Shown piece by piece: positions 10,659-20,727 of a stretch of DNA of 64,000 bases. The stretch is from the NCBI RefSeq assembly GCF_013149785.1, contig NZ_JABEZU010000002.1:496001-560000 (forward strand), written 5' to 3'. How positions within the stretch are numbered: position 1 is the stretch's first letter; every line of letters starts with the position of its first letter. Under the pieces are notes generated by a model, which did not search any database, had not been told where the DNA came from, and saw only the letters and a list, made by a program, of their open reading frames with translations. This DNA is from Isoptericola halotolerans. Lineage in GTDB: Bacteria > Actinomycetota > Actinomycetes > Actinomycetales > Cellulomonadaceae. The position numbers and the translations under genes are program-made.

Positions 10659-11690
10659 ATGCGGGTTCTCGTCGACGGAGACCGTGGTTACGTCGGAGCG
10701 GTCCTGGTGCCGTTCCTGCGCGCCGCGGGCCACGAGGTGGTCGGTCTCGACGCCGGCTGGTACGACGGCTGCGACTTCGGCCCCGCGGTGGGCGGCTACG
10801 AGCAGCGCACCGGTGACGTGCGCGACGTCCGGCCGCAGGACCTGGAGGGGTTCGACGCCGTGGTGCACCTCGCGGCGATCTCGAACGACCCGCTCGGTCA
10901 CCTCAACCCGGACGCCACGTTCTCGGTCAACACCGACGGCGCGGTGCACGCGGCCCGCACGGCCCGTGCGGCGGGTGTCCCGCGGTTCCTCTTCTCCTCC
11001 TCCTGCTCGCTGTACGGGGCGGCCGGCGACGCGCCGGTCGACGAAGAGGCGGACTTCCACCCGGTGACCCCGTACGGCGAGTCCAAGGTGCGTGCCGAGC
11101 GGGGCATCTCCGCGCTCGCCGCCGACGACTTCTCGCCCACGTACCTGCGCAACGCCACGGCGTACGGGTCGTCGCCCCGGCTGCGCGCCGACATCGTCGT
11201 CAACAACCTCACCGGTGCGGCGTTCACCCGCGGGGAGGTGCGGTTGCAGTCGGACGGCAGCCCGTGGCGTCCGCTCGTGCACGTCGAGGACATCGCCCGG
11301 GCCTTTCTCGCAGCGCTCGAGGCACCGCGGGAGACGGTGCACGACCGCGCGTTCAACGTCGGCCGCGACGAGGACGTCGTGCAGATCCGCACGGTGGCCG
11401 AGCAGGTCAGCGCGATCACCGGTGCGCCGGTGACCTTCGCCCCGGGCGCCGGGAGCGACGCCCGCAACTACCGCGTCGACTTCTCCCGGATCACGAGCGA
11501 GCTGCCGGCGGCCGCTCCGCGGTGGACCGTGCCGGACGGCATCCAGGAGATCTGGGACCACGCCCGGCAGCGTGGTCTGACGCGACAGGACTTCGAGGGG
11601 CCGCGGTACGTCCGGCTGCGTCGGGTCCAGGAGCTGGCCGATGCCGGCGCTCTCGACCTCACGACCCTGCGGACGGCGGTGTCGGTATGA
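10659..11690 (+). CDS. NAD-dependent NDP-sugar epimerase/dehydratase (extended SDR)
   Basis: GDRGYVG Rossmann motif, HLAA, SSCSLYG and YGESK; GGGGAGG RBS. Confidence 0.85.
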   Translation: MRVLVDGDRGYVGAVLVPFLRAAGHEVVGLDAGWYDGCDFGPAVGGYEQRTGDVRDVRPQDLEGFDAVVHLAAISNDPLGHLNPDATFSVNTDGAVHAARTARAAGVPRFLFSSSCSLYGAAGDAPVDEEADFHPVTPYGESKVRAERGISALAADDFSPTYLRNATAYGSSPRLRADIVVNNLTGAAFTRGEVRLQSDGSPWRPLVHVEDIARAFLAALEAPRETVHDRAFNVGRDEDVVQIRTVAEQVSAITGAPVTFAPGAGSDARNYRVDFSRITSELPAAAPRWTVPDGIQEIWDHARQRGLTRQDFEGPRYVRLRRVQELADAGALDLTTLRTAVSV

Positions 11691-12979
11691 CCGCGGACCC
11701 CGGGCTCGCCCTGGCGGACGCGGGTGCCGAGGCCGCGAGCGCACCGGCCTGTCGCCTGTGCGGCGAGCCGCTGCGGCGCACCTTCGTCGACCTCGGCATG
11801 TCACCGCTGTGCGAGACGTACCCGACCGCTGCGCAGGTGGACGGACCGGAGACCTTCTACCCGCTGCACGTGCTGGTGTGCGAGAGCTGCCTGCTGGTCC
11901 AGCTGCCGGCCTACGTGGCGGCCGAGGAGATCTTCGACGACTACGCCTACTTCTCGTCCTACTCCGACTCCTGGGTGCAGCACGCGCGACGTTTCGTCGA
12001 CGACGCCGTCGACCGGCTCGGGCTGCAGCCCGAGCGATCCTTGGTGGTGGAGGTGGCCAGCAACGACGGCTACCTCCTGCAGCACGTGCTCGACCGGGGG
12101 ATCCGGTGCCTGGGGATCGAGCCGTCGTCGAACGTCGCCGCCGCCGCGGTCCGGCGCGGTGTCCCCACGCAGGTCGACTTCCTCGGCGCGGACACGGGCC
12201 GGGCGGTCCGTGCCGCCCACGGTCCGGCCGACCTGGTCGTGGCGAACAACGTGTTCGCCCACGTGCCCGACATCGTCGACTTCGCCCACGGCCTGCGCGC
12301 GCTGGTCGCCGACGAGGGCCGGGTGAGCATCGAGATCCCGCACCTGCTCCGCCTCGTCGAGGGCAACGAGTACGACACCATCTACCACGAGCACTACAGC
12401 TACCTCTCGCTGCTCACGACGCAGCGGGTGCTCGCTGCCGCCGGGCTCACCGTGGTCGACGTCGAGGAGCTCGCCAGCCACGGTGGGTCCTTGCGCACGT
12501 GGTCCGCGCCGTCCGAGCGCGCGCCGGACCCGTCGGCGGCGCTCGCCGACGTCCTCGCCGCGGAGGCGGCCGCCGGGCTGCACACCGTGGCGGGCCACGC
12601 CGGGTTCGCCCGGCAGGTGGCCGCGGTCCGCGACGACGTGCTGCGCTTCCTCCTGGACGCGCGCCGGGAGGGTCGGCGCGTGGTCGCCTACGGGGCGCCC
12701 GGCAAGGGCAACACCCTGCTCAACCACTGCGGGGTGCGCGGCGACCTCGTCGAGTTCGCCGTGGACCGCAACCCCTACAAGCACGGCCGGTTCACCCCCG
12801 GCACCCACCTGCCGATCCGGCCACCGGAGGCCCTGGACGCGGCTCGTCCCGACTACGTGGTGATCATGCCGTGGAACCTGCGCCGCGAGATCTCCGCACA
12901 GCTCGCGCACGTGGCGTCGTGGGGCGGGCGGCTCGTGACGTTCCTGCCACGCCTCGACGTCTTCGAACCCGGCACGTGA
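11687..12979 (+). CDS. NDP-hexose C-methyltransferase (TylCIII/EryBIII/TcaB9-like)
   Basis: Zn motifs [41 protein letters not shown] and YGAPGKGNT. Confidence 0.85.
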   Translation: MTADPGLALADAGAEAASAPACRLCGEPLRRTFVDLGMSPLCETYPTAAQVDGPETFYPLHVLVCESCLLVQLPAYVAAEEIFDDYAYFSSYSDSWVQHARRFVDDAVDRLGLQPERSLVVEVASNDGYLLQHVLDRGIRCLGIEPSSNVAAAAVRRGVPTQVDFLGADTGRAVRAAHGPADLVVANNVFAHVPDIVDFAHGLRALVADEGRVSIEIPHLLRLVEGNEYDTIYHEHYSYLSLLTTQRVLAAAGLTVVDVEELASHGGSLRTWSAPSERAPDPSAALADVLAAEAAAGLHTVAGHAGFARQVAAVRDDVLRFLLDARREGRRVVAYGAPGKGNTLLNHCGVRGDLVEFAVDRNPYKHGRFTPGTHLPIRPPEALDAARPDYVVIMPWNLRREISAQLAHVASWGGRLVTFLPRLDVFEPGT

Positions 12980-14160
12980 CCGACTCACCGCCCGCGGACG
13001 ACCGCTCGCCCCGGGCGACCTGGAGCTGCCGCTGGTGCGCGGCACGGTCCGGCGAGGTGGTGCTCGACCTCGGCCGTCAGCCGGCCGCGGACCGGTTCCC
13101 GTCGGTCGGGGAGACCGAGCCGGACCCGCTGCACGAGCTGCGCATGGTGCTGTGCGGCCGCTGCGGGCTCGCCCAGCTCGAGGACGACCCGACCGGCGCC
13201 GAGGAGCCGCGGGGCGTCGAGCCGGTCGCGCTCGTGGAGCAGGCGCAGGACGCGGTCGCGGACCTGGTCGCCGCCGGCTGGGTCGCTGCGGGCTCGCGCG
13301 TCACCGAGTACGGCAGCCCGCACGGAGGTTCCTGGCTGGGACCCGTGGCGGCCGCCGTCCCTGCGGTGACGATCGTCGGCGACGGGGTCGCCGACCTGGT
13401 GATCGACTCGCTGGGCCTGATGCACGAGCCCGACGTCCGGGCGGCGTGGGACCGTCGCGTGGGTCGGCTGGCACCGGACGGCGTGCTGGCCCTGCACGTC
13501 CACCCGCTGTCGACCATCCTGCGGGACGGCACGTGGAACGCCCTGCGGCACGGCCACTACGCCTACTTCTCCCTCACCGTCCTGGTCGCGATGGCGCGCT
13601 CGTCAGGGCTCGTGCCGGTCGGGCTGTGGGACTACCCCCTGTACGGCGGTACCCAGGTCCTCACCCTGGCCCGTCACGGTTCCCGGCCGGCCGCTGCGGC
13701 GACCGCGGCGGAGCGGGTCGTCGCCGAGCTCACTCTCGACGTGAGGTCCGGTGTGTGCCGCGCGGAGGCGCTGCGCGACCTCGACCGGCACGTCGGTGCG
13801 TCGACGACGGCGTTGCGTGCGTGGCTCGACGCGCAGCCGGGCCCGGTGGTCGGGTACGGCGCCGCGTCGCGTGCCGTCGCGCTCCTCGCCGCGGCCGGGG
13901 TGACGTCGTCGGACGTGGAGGTCGTGGTGGACGCCTCGCCCGCCAAGCGGGGGCGGGCGATGCCGGGGCGGGCCGACGGCAGGGTGCCGATCGTCGGCCC
14001 GGAGGAGCTCGACCGGCTGCGGCCGGACCGGGTGCTGCTGCTCGTCCCTGATCTCCTGGACGAGGTCAGGCAGGCCTACCCGCAGGTGGAGCAGCACGGC
14101 GGGCGGTGGGTGGTCGCCGAACCCGAGCCTCGGGTCGTGCCGCCGCTCACCGGGAGCTGA
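12976..14160 (+). CDS. Second, divergent C-methyltransferase-like protein
   Basis: CRWC/CGRC, LDLGRQP, RHGHYAYFS, YGAASRA and VDASPAKRG; SAM loop is divergent. Confidence 0.7.
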   Translation: MTDSPPADDRSPRATWSCRWCAARSGEVVLDLGRQPAADRFPSVGETEPDPLHELRMVLCGRCGLAQLEDDPTGAEEPRGVEPVALVEQAQDAVADLVAAGWVAAGSRVTEYGSPHGGSWLGPVAAAVPAVTIVGDGVADLVIDSLGLMHEPDVRAAWDRRVGRLAPDGVLALHVHPLSTILRDGTWNALRHGHYAYFSLTVLVAMARSSGLVPVGLWDYPLYGGTQVLTLARHGSRPAAAATAAERVVAELTLDVRSGVCRAEALRDLDRHVGASTTALRAWLDAQPGPVVGYGAASRAVALLAAAGVTSSDVEVVVDASPAKRGRAMPGRADGRVPIVGPEELDRLRPDRVLLLVPDLLDEVRQAYPQVEQHGGRWVVAEPEPRVVPPLTGS

Positions 14161-14698
14161 GCCGGTCGACGAGCCGGGTCCACGAGCCCGCCGCGTCGTC
14201 GCGCGCGCTGACGACGGTCACCGGCTGCGGCCACTCGATCCCCAGGTGGGGGTCGAGGTGGTGGACCGCCACGTCCTCGGTCGGGTCGTGCTCGGCGTCG
14301 ATGCGATAGCACACGTCCGACGTCTCGGTGAGCGTCTGGTGGCCGTGCAGGCAGCCTCGTGGCACGTGCAGCACCCGGAAGTCGACGTCGTCGAGCAGGA
14401 ACGCCTCCCACCGTCCGAAGGTCGGCGAGCCCGGCCGGGCGTCGACCACGACGTCGTGGACGGCGCCGTGGGCCACCCGGACGAGCTTGGCCTCGCCGGA
14501 CCCGGTCCGCCCGTGCAGCCCGCGCACCACGCCCCGGACAGAACGGGACTGGCTGTCCTGCACGAAGGACCGGGGGTCGAGGCCCGCCCGGGACGCGGTC
14601 TCGTCGTCGAACGTGCGGGTGAACAGACCGCGGTCGTCGCGGTGCGGCGTCGGCTCCAGGAGCAGCACCCCGGCCAGGGTCGTGGTCAGTACCTGCAC
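14147..14698 (-). CDS. rfbC: dTDP-4-dehydrorhamnose 3,5-epimerase family (RmlC/RfbC-like)
   Basis: DDRGLF, VRGLH, EAKLVR, DVVVDAR..SPTFG and HGHQTL; TAGCGT -10 seven nt before the GTG. Confidence 0.85.
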   Translation of the reverse strand: MQVLTTTLAGVLLLEPTPHRDDRGLFTRTFDDETASRAGLDPRSFVQDSQSRSVRGVVRGLHGRTGSGEAKLVRVAHGAVHDVVVDARPGSPTFGRWEAFLLDDVDFRVLHVPRGCLHGHQTLTETSDVCYRIDAEHDPTEDVAVHHLDPHLGIEWPQPVTVVSARDDAAGSWTRLVDRLSSR

Positions 14699-14705
14699 GA
14701 GCCTC

Positions 14706-14760
14706 ACGCTAGGCGAGCGCCGGGACGCCAGGGGGGTGAAATGCCCCGACGGACGGATGA
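14706..14760 (-). promoter_or_regulatory. TCATCC/TCACCC boxes (14760, 14739; 21-bp period) and -10 TAGCGT (14711) of the rmlC-like gene
   Basis: GGGTGAAA at 14734 and GGATGAAA at 14755 on the + strand. Confidence 0.55.
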
Positions 14761-14857
14761 AAAGCCGCCGCACGCCTTCAGCGAGGGGGCGTCGCGTCGG
14801 AGACTGGCCACGGGCGACCGGGTCGTGTCGCCCGTGGCCGTGCGGGAGGAGGGGACG

Positions 14858-16279
14858 ATGTCCCAGCAGGTGCGCTTCGACGCCGGCGCAGCCGACGGCC
14901 CGCCCGACCAGCGGCTCGAGCGCTCGGTCGCCGCCCAGGCGCGCCTGCACGAGCTCGTCCCCGGGGGGGCCCACACGTACGCCCGTGCCTCCGACCAGTA
15001 CCCGGAGGGTCTGGCGCCGGTCCTCGCGCGGGGCGCCGGCGCGCACGTCTGGGACGTGGACGGCAACGAGTACGTCGAGTACGGGATGGGTCTGCGCAGC
15101 GTCACCCTGGGCCACGGCTACCGCCCGGTGGTCGACGCGGTGACCACCGCGATCGCCGACGGCGTGAGCTTCTCGCGACCGAGCCGGTGGGAGCTCGACG
15201 CGGCCGAGGCCTTCTGCGCGCAGGTCCCCGGCGCGGAGATGGTCAAGTTCGCCAAGAACGGCTCGGACGCCACCACCGCCGCCGTGCGTCTCGCCCGGGC
15301 GGCGACCGGGCGGGACCTGGTGGCCGTGTGCACCGACCACCCGTTCTTCTCCACCGACGACTGGTTCATCGGCACCACCGCGATGGACGCCGGGATCCCG
15401 CGAGGGATCACCGACCTCACCGTCGGTTTCCGGTACGGCGACCTCGCGGGCACCGCCGAGCTCCTCGCCGCTCACCGCGGGGAGGTCGCCGCGCTCGTGC
15501 TGGAGGCCGCCACCGCCCACCAGGAGCCGCCGCCGGGCTACCTGGAAGGGCTGCGGGCGCTCTGCGACCGCGAGGGCGTGGTGCTGGTGTTCGACGAGAT
15601 CATCACGGGGATGCGGTGGTCGTCGGGCGGGGCGCAGGCGGTCTACGGGGTCACCCCGGACCTGTCCACGTGGGGCAAGGCGATGGGCAACGGCTTCGCC
15701 GTCTCGGCGCTGGCGGGCCGGCGCGAGCTGATGGAGCTCGGCGGGCTCGCCACGGACGAGCGGAGGGTGTTCCTGCTGTCGACCACCCACGGGGCGGAGA
15801 CCGCCGGCCTGGCGGCCTGGCTCGCGGTGCACCGTGAGTACGGCGCCCTCGACGTGCCGGCGGTGCTCGCCGAGCGCGGGCGTCGGCTGCGTGCCGGAGT
15901 CGAGCAGGTCGTGGGTGCCGCCGGACTGGCCGACCACGTGACGGTCTCCGGCCACCCGGCATGCCTCGTCTTCGGTACCCGGGACGGCTCGGGCGCGCCC
16001 TCTCAGCCGTTCCGCACGCTGTTCCTCGCCGAGCTGCTGCGCCGTGGCGTGCTGGCGCAGTCCTTCGTCGTCTCCGCCGCGCACACCGACACCGACCTCG
16101 ACCGGACGGTGGACGCCGTCGCGGGCGCCCTGCCGACGTACGCGGCCGCCCTCGACGCCGGCAGCACCGACAAGTTCCTGGTCGGCCCCCCGGTGGCCCC
16201 CGCGCTGCGCGAGCGCGCCGCGCCCCGCCGGCTGCGGCACCGGCCCGAGCCCGTCCGACACCACGGAGGTGCGCGATGA
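14858..16279 (+). CDS. Class-III PLP aminotransferase (glutamate-1-semialdehyde aminomutase-like), probably acting on a sugar
   Basis: WDVDGNEY, KNGSDAT, FDEIITG and GKAMGNG; GGAGG RBS; coupled to rfbF. Confidence 0.75.
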   Translation: MSQQVRFDAGAADGPPDQRLERSVAAQARLHELVPGGAHTYARASDQYPEGLAPVLARGAGAHVWDVDGNEYVEYGMGLRSVTLGHGYRPVVDAVTTAIADGVSFSRPSRWELDAAEAFCAQVPGAEMVKFAKNGSDATTAAVRLARAATGRDLVAVCTDHPFFSTDDWFIGTTAMDAGIPRGITDLTVGFRYGDLAGTAELLAAHRGEVAALVLEAATAHQEPPPGYLEGLRALCDREGVVLVFDEIITGMRWSSGGAQAVYGVTPDLSTWGKAMGNGFAVSALAGRRELMELGGLATDERRVFLLSTTHGAETAGLAAWLAVHREYGALDVPAVLAERGRRLRAGVEQVVGAAGLADHVTVSGHPACLVFGTRDGSGAPSQPFRTLFLAELLRRGVLAQSFVVSAAHTDTDLDRTVDAVAGALPTYAAALDAGSTDKFLVGPPVAPALRERAAPRRLRHRPEPVRHHGGAR

Positions 16280-17124
16280 AGGTCGTCCTGTTCTGCGGTG
16301 GCCTCGGCATGCGGATGCGGTCGGGCTCCGACTCGCTGCCCAAGCCGATGATGCCCATCGGCACCCGCCCGGTCCTGTGGCACATCATGAAGTACTACGC
16401 CCACTTCGGTCACACCGAGTTCATCCTGTGCCTGGGGCACGGCGCGAACGCGGTCAAGGACTACTTCCTCAACTACTCCGAGACACACTCGAACGACTTC
16501 GTGCTCACCAAGGGCGGCGAGCACGTCGAGCTGCTGTCGAGCGACATCAGCGAGTGGCGCATCACGTTCGTCGACACGGGCATGGACACGGCGATCGGTG
16601 AGCGGCTGCGCCGCGTGCGCCGCTACCTCGAGGACGACGACGTGTTCCTCGCCAACTACGGCGACGTGCTGACGGACGCCCCGATGAACCAGATCATCGA
16701 CGACTTCGTCACGACCGACGCCGTGGGCACCCTGCTCGCGGTGCCTCCGCAGGACTCGTTCCACGTCGTGCGGTTCGACCCCGACGGCCGGATGCTGGAC
16801 CTCGAACCCGTGGCCCGGATGAGCATGTGCATCAACGGCGGCTACTTCGTGCTGCGCCAGGGGATCTTCGACTACCTCGACGAGGGTGAGGACCTGGTGA
16901 TGGACGCGTGCACCCGCGCCGCCCGCGACGGGAGGTTCAGGGTCCACCCGCACGCCGGGTTCTGGGCCCCGATGGACACGCTCAAGGAGCGCTCGGCGCT
17001 CGAGGAGATGAACCGGGTCGGTGACCGTCCGTGGGCGGTGTGGGACCGGGGTGCCCAGCACCGCGCGCGTCGCGTGCCGGAGGTCGCGGTGCCCGAGGTC
17101 GTGGGGCAGGTCCGTGGCGCCTGA
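16276..17124 (+). CDS. rfbF: Glucose-1-phosphate cytidylyltransferase
   Basis: MKVVLFCGGLGMR, PKPM, VDTG, YGD, INGGYF and FWAPMDT. Confidence 0.85.
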   Translation: MKVVLFCGGLGMRMRSGSDSLPKPMMPIGTRPVLWHIMKYYAHFGHTEFILCLGHGANAVKDYFLNYSETHSNDFVLTKGGEHVELLSSDISEWRITFVDTGMDTAIGERLRRVRRYLEDDDVFLANYGDVLTDAPMNQIIDDFVTTDAVGTLLAVPPQDSFHVVRFDPDGRMLDLEPVARMSMCINGGYFVLRQGIFDYLDEGEDLVMDACTRAARDGRFRVHPHAGFWAPMDTLKERSALEEMNRVGDRPWAVWDRGAQHRARRVPEVAVPEVVGQVRGA

Positions 17125-18307
17125 CGCCCCCGCGCCCCTGCGCCCGAGGGTGGCGCTCCTGGGCCAGTTCGGCATCGGCAACCTGGGCAACGAGGCGTCG
17201 CTCGACGCGATGCTCGACGTGCTCGGCGACGCCGACCTGGTCGTCCTCACCGAGGAGCCCGGCGCGGTCCTCGAGGCGCGGGGGCTGCCGGCCGTGGCGT
17301 TCACCGACCCCGGCGCCCGCCGCGGCGGCTGGCGAGGTGTGCTGGGCAAGGTCCGCGACCTGCGCTGGGCGTGGCGACGCGTCGGGGAGGTCGACGCGAT
17401 CGTCGTCCCGGGGACCGGTCTGCTCGAGGGGTCGGCCGTCCGGGCGACCGCGGTGCCGCTGACGCTGGGCTGGTACGCCCTCGCCGCACGCTGCCGACGG
17501 CGTCCGCTGCACCTGCTGTCGGTCGGGGTGGACGACGGGGGGCACCGGCTGACGCGTGCGCTGTTCGGGTTCGTGCTGCGCGCGGCGACGACGGTCACCG
17601 TGCGCGACGACGGCTCGGCGGCGTGCGCCGAGCGACTCGGCCGCAGCCGCCCCCCGGTGGTCCCGGACCTGGTGCTCGCCGGGCAGGTGCAGGGGAGCGC
17701 CCGGTCCCACGGACCCTGGACGGTGGCGCTCGGGGTCATCGACACGCACGGCACCGGCACGATCGAGGCGGACTGGGACCGCGCCCGGTACCTCGCTGCG
17801 GTGGCCGAGCTGGTGCGACGGCTCGTCGTGGCCGGCGCACGGGTGCGCGTGGTGGGTGGCGCCGTGCTCGACGACCTGATCGCCGACGAGGTGGTGGCAC
17901 GCGCCGGGCACGACGCCGTCGTCCGGGCACCTGCGGCCGACCTGGCCGAGCTCGACACCTGGTTCGCCGGCTGCCAGGTCGTCGTCGCGGCGCGGTACCA
18001 CAACCTGGTGACGGCGGTCCGGGCAGGGGTCCCGCCCGTCTCGCTCGGGTACGCCCGCAAGCAGGACTGGTTGCTGGGCGACGTCGGCGCCCCTGCCCGG
18101 GCCCACGACGTCGCGGGCTTCGACCCGGCGCTCGTGGCGGACCAGGTGCTGCACCTGCTGTCCGACGGGGAGGCGTGGCAGGCGGCTCACGCCGACGCGA
18201 CGGCCTGGGTGGACCAGGCCCGCCGGCTGCTCGCGGGACAGGCGTCGCGGCTGCGGGTCTCGCTGGGGCTGGTACCGGACGACGTGCCCCTGGAGGTGCG
18301 ACCATGA
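17114..18307 (+). CDS. Polysaccharide pyruvyl transferase family protein
   Basis: GQFGIGNLGNEA, TVRDDGS, RYHNLV and SLGYARK. Confidence 0.75.
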   Translation: MAPDAPAPLRPRVALLGQFGIGNLGNEASLDAMLDVLGDADLVVLTEEPGAVLEARGLPAVAFTDPGARRGGWRGVLGKVRDLRWAWRRVGEVDAIVVPGTGLLEGSAVRATAVPLTLGWYALAARCRRRPLHLLSVGVDDGGHRLTRALFGFVLRAATTVTVRDDGSAACAERLGRSRPPVVPDLVLAGQVQGSARSHGPWTVALGVIDTHGTGTIEADWDRARYLAAVAELVRRLVVAGARVRVVGGAVLDDLIADEVVARAGHDAVVRAPAADLAELDTWFAGCQVVVAARYHNLVTAVRAGVPPVSLGYARKQDWLLGDVGAPARAHDVAGFDPALVADQVLHLLSDGEAWQAAHADATAWVDQARRLLAGQASRLRVSLGLVPDDVPLEVRP

Positions 18308-18939
18308 TGTCGTTGCTGCCCGCCACGGGCCCGCTGCACGTGGTCGCGCTGGCCGCGCACCCGGACGACCTCGAGATCGGGTGCGGCGGGACGCTGCTCC
18401 GGCTGGCCGCCCGCGTCGGGACGACGGCGTCGTTCCTCACCGTCACGGGGACTCCCGCGCGGTGCGAGGAGGCCCGTCGGGCCGCGGCCGAGGTGTGGCC
18501 CGGGTCGACGTCCACGTTCGTCGGGCTGCCGGACGGTCGCCTCCCGGAGCACTGGGGTGCGGTCAAGGCCGCCCTGCACACGCTGGCTGAGGTGACGGCC
18601 CCTCCCGACGTCGTCCTCGTCCCGCGGCGGGACGACGCCCATCAGGACCACCGTCTCCTCGGCGAGCTGGCTCCGACGGTCTGGCGGGACGCCCTGGTGC
18701 TGCACTACGAGATCCCGAAGTGGGACGGGGACCTGGGACGCCCCAGCCTCTACGTGCCGCTGCCCGAAGAGGTCGCCCACCGCAAGCTCGAGATCCTCGA
18801 GGAGTGCTACGGGTCCCAGAGCGGGCACGACTGGTGGGACCGGGAGACCTTCGGTGGTCTGATGCGGCTGCGGGGCATCGAGTGCCGGGCGCGGTACGCC
18901 GAGGCCTTCTTCGTGACGAAGGCGGTGCTCGCCCTGTGA
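18304..18939 (+). CDS. PIG-L/LmbE family deacetylase
   Basis: AHPDD and HQDH zinc motifs, YEIPKWDGD. Confidence 0.85.
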   Translation: MMSLLPATGPLHVVALAAHPDDLEIGCGGTLLRLAARVGTTASFLTVTGTPARCEEARRAAAEVWPGSTSTFVGLPDGRLPEHWGAVKAALHTLAEVTAPPDVVLVPRRDDAHQDHRLLGELAPTVWRDALVLHYEIPKWDGDLGRPSLYVPLPEEVAHRKLEILEECYGSQSGHDWWDRETFGGLMRLRGIECRARYAEAFFVTKAVLAL

Positions 18940-19844
18940 GGCGACCGGTGGTGACCGTCGGCGTGCCGGTCTGGAACGGTGAGCGCTACCTCGCCGAGGC
19001 GCTCACGGCCCTGCGGGACCAGGACCTCGCAGACGTCCAGGTCGTCGTCTCCGACAACGGCTCGACCGACGACACGCTGGAGATCGCCCGGTCGTTCGCC
19101 GCCACGGACGACCGGTTCACCGTCCTGCACAGCGACACCAACAGGGGGGTCACGTGGAACTTCAACCGCGTGCTGGCGGCCGCGCAGGCTCCGCTGTTCA
19201 TGTGGAACGCCGCGGACGACGTGGTCCGGCCGGGGCACCTCGCGCAGTGCCGTGCCGCCCTGGACCGGCATCCCGAGGCGACCATCGCCTTCTCCCGGGT
19301 GGTGCTGATCGGGGCCGACGGCGAACGCCTCGGTGAGCGGGACGACGTCGACCTGGACTTCCTCGGGGTGGGACCGCCGGAGCGTCTGCACCGGTTCTTC
19401 GTGCGTCAGGCGTACCAGGTGATCGGCTACGGCGGCGTCATCAGGACCGAGGTGCTGCGGTCGATGGGCGGCCACCCGGACTTCTACGGCGGGGACATGG
19501 CGCTCGCGGTGCGGATGGCGTTGCGCGCGCCGTGGGTGCAGGTGCCCGAGCAGCTGTACTGGGCGCGCAACCACGAGGAGCAGACCAACAAGCTGCAGGC
19601 GGCCGACCCGGTGCGCCAGACCCGCGCCTACCGCTCGCACCGGCGCGAGATCGCGTTCCCGCAGTGGTACCTCAACCACCGCCTGCTGACCGAGGCGGCG
19701 ACCGCGCCGCTCGGCGTCCGCGACCGGGCGCGCGCGGTGCGCGTCGTGCTGCGGGACTGGACGGTCGAGAACTGGCGGTTCTTCCCCTACGACGTCAAGC
19801 GGAACGTGCAGCGGGTCGCGCGCGGGGCCGGGCGACGCGCCTGA
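18936..19844 (+). CDS. Glycosyltransferase family 2
   Basis: VGVPVWNGE, SDNGSTD and WNAADD; GTGA coupling. Confidence 0.85.
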   Translation: MRRPVVTVGVPVWNGERYLAEALTALRDQDLADVQVVVSDNGSTDDTLEIARSFAATDDRFTVLHSDTNRGVTWNFNRVLAAAQAPLFMWNAADDVVRPGHLAQCRAALDRHPEATIAFSRVVLIGADGERLGERDDVDLDFLGVGPPERLHRFFVRQAYQVIGYGGVIRTEVLRSMGGHPDFYGGDMALAVRMALRAPWVQVPEQLYWARNHEEQTNKLQAADPVRQTRAYRSHRREIAFPQWYLNHRLLTEAATAPLGVRDRARAVRVVLRDWTVENWRFFPYDVKRNVQRVARGAGRRA

Positions 19845-20727
19845 TCACCGCCTGCAGGGGAGCGCGGGGGGCGAAACGGAGCGCCCAGAAGATCTCGGCC
19901 CCTGTCGCACGGAGGTCACCGTCCCTGAGCGCGGCGCGTGCGGCGCGCCCGGCGGACCAGGCGGCGTAGCGGTCGTTCGCCGCCTGGGCCTCGACGAGCG
20001 CGTCGTGCAGCTCAGGTCGCGTCGTCGCGCCGCCGGACCGCAACCGCCGTGCGAGGACGTCCCGGATCGCCGCGGCGAGCTCGCGGTGTCGTCGGGTCGC
20101 GTTGTCCGGGTGCCGCCGGTACGCGACCAGCGAGCGGTCGCCGACCATGGCGACCCGGCCGTGGTCGGCCAGCCGGAGCACCAGGTCCAGGTCCTCGGCC
20201 AGCCGGAGCGACCCGTCGAAGCCGCCGACGGCCCGGAAGGCCTCGGCACGGACGACGGTGTTGGGCAGCAGGATGCCGGTCCGACGCCGGTAGACGTCGG
20301 CGGTCGTGGCGACCGGGACCTGGTCCGCGGGGTTGATGACGCGACCGCAGGCGTCGACGGAGTCCATGGGGCAGTAGGTGAGGGAGAGCGTCGGGTCGGC
20401 CTGCATCGCCCGGGCGTGCCGCTCCAGCCGGTCCGGGTCCCACGTGTCGTCGTCGTCCAGGAACGCCAGCAAGGTCCCCCGGGCCTGTGCGGCACCGATG
20501 TTGCGGGCCTCGGCCGGTCCACGGCCTGCGGTCCGGACCACTCGTGCGGCGAGCGGGGCCACCGGCAGGTCGCGCGCCTCGAAGGGGAGCGGACCGCCGT
20601 CGTCGACCACCACCAGCTCGATGTCCCGCAAGGTCTGCGCGCACACGGAGGCGAGCGCTTCGGCCAGGTACGGGTTGTCCGGCCCGCGGTTGGTCGCGAC
20701 CACCACCGACACGGCCGGGACGGTCAC
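19795..20727 (-). CDS. Glycosyltransferase family 2
   Basis: VVDDG, ARNIG, FLDDDD, GGFD and AEDLD. Confidence 0.85.
   Translation of the reverse strand: MTVPAVSVVVATNRGPDNPYLAEALASVCAQTLRDIELVVVDDGGPLPFEARDLPVAPLAARVVRTAGRGPAEARNIGAAQARGTLLAFLDDDDTWDPDRLERHARAMQADPTLSLTYCPMDSVDACGRVINPADQVPVATTADVYRRRTGILLPNTVVRAEAFRAVGGFDGSLRLAEDLDLVLRLADHGRVAMVGDRSLVAYRRHPDNATRRHRELAAAIRDVLARRLRSGGATTRPELHDALVEAQAANDRYAAWSAGRAARAALRDGDLRATGAEIFWALRFAPRAPLQAVIRRVARPRARPAARSA

Noticed and set aside
14858..16279. Gene symbol hemL
   Set aside because: HemL substrate motif is missing and the context is sugar biosynthesis
10659..19844. Antibiotic biosynthetic cluster
   Set aside because: No PKS, NRPS or other scaffold genes and no GT1; the neighbours are polysaccharide assembly and export genes
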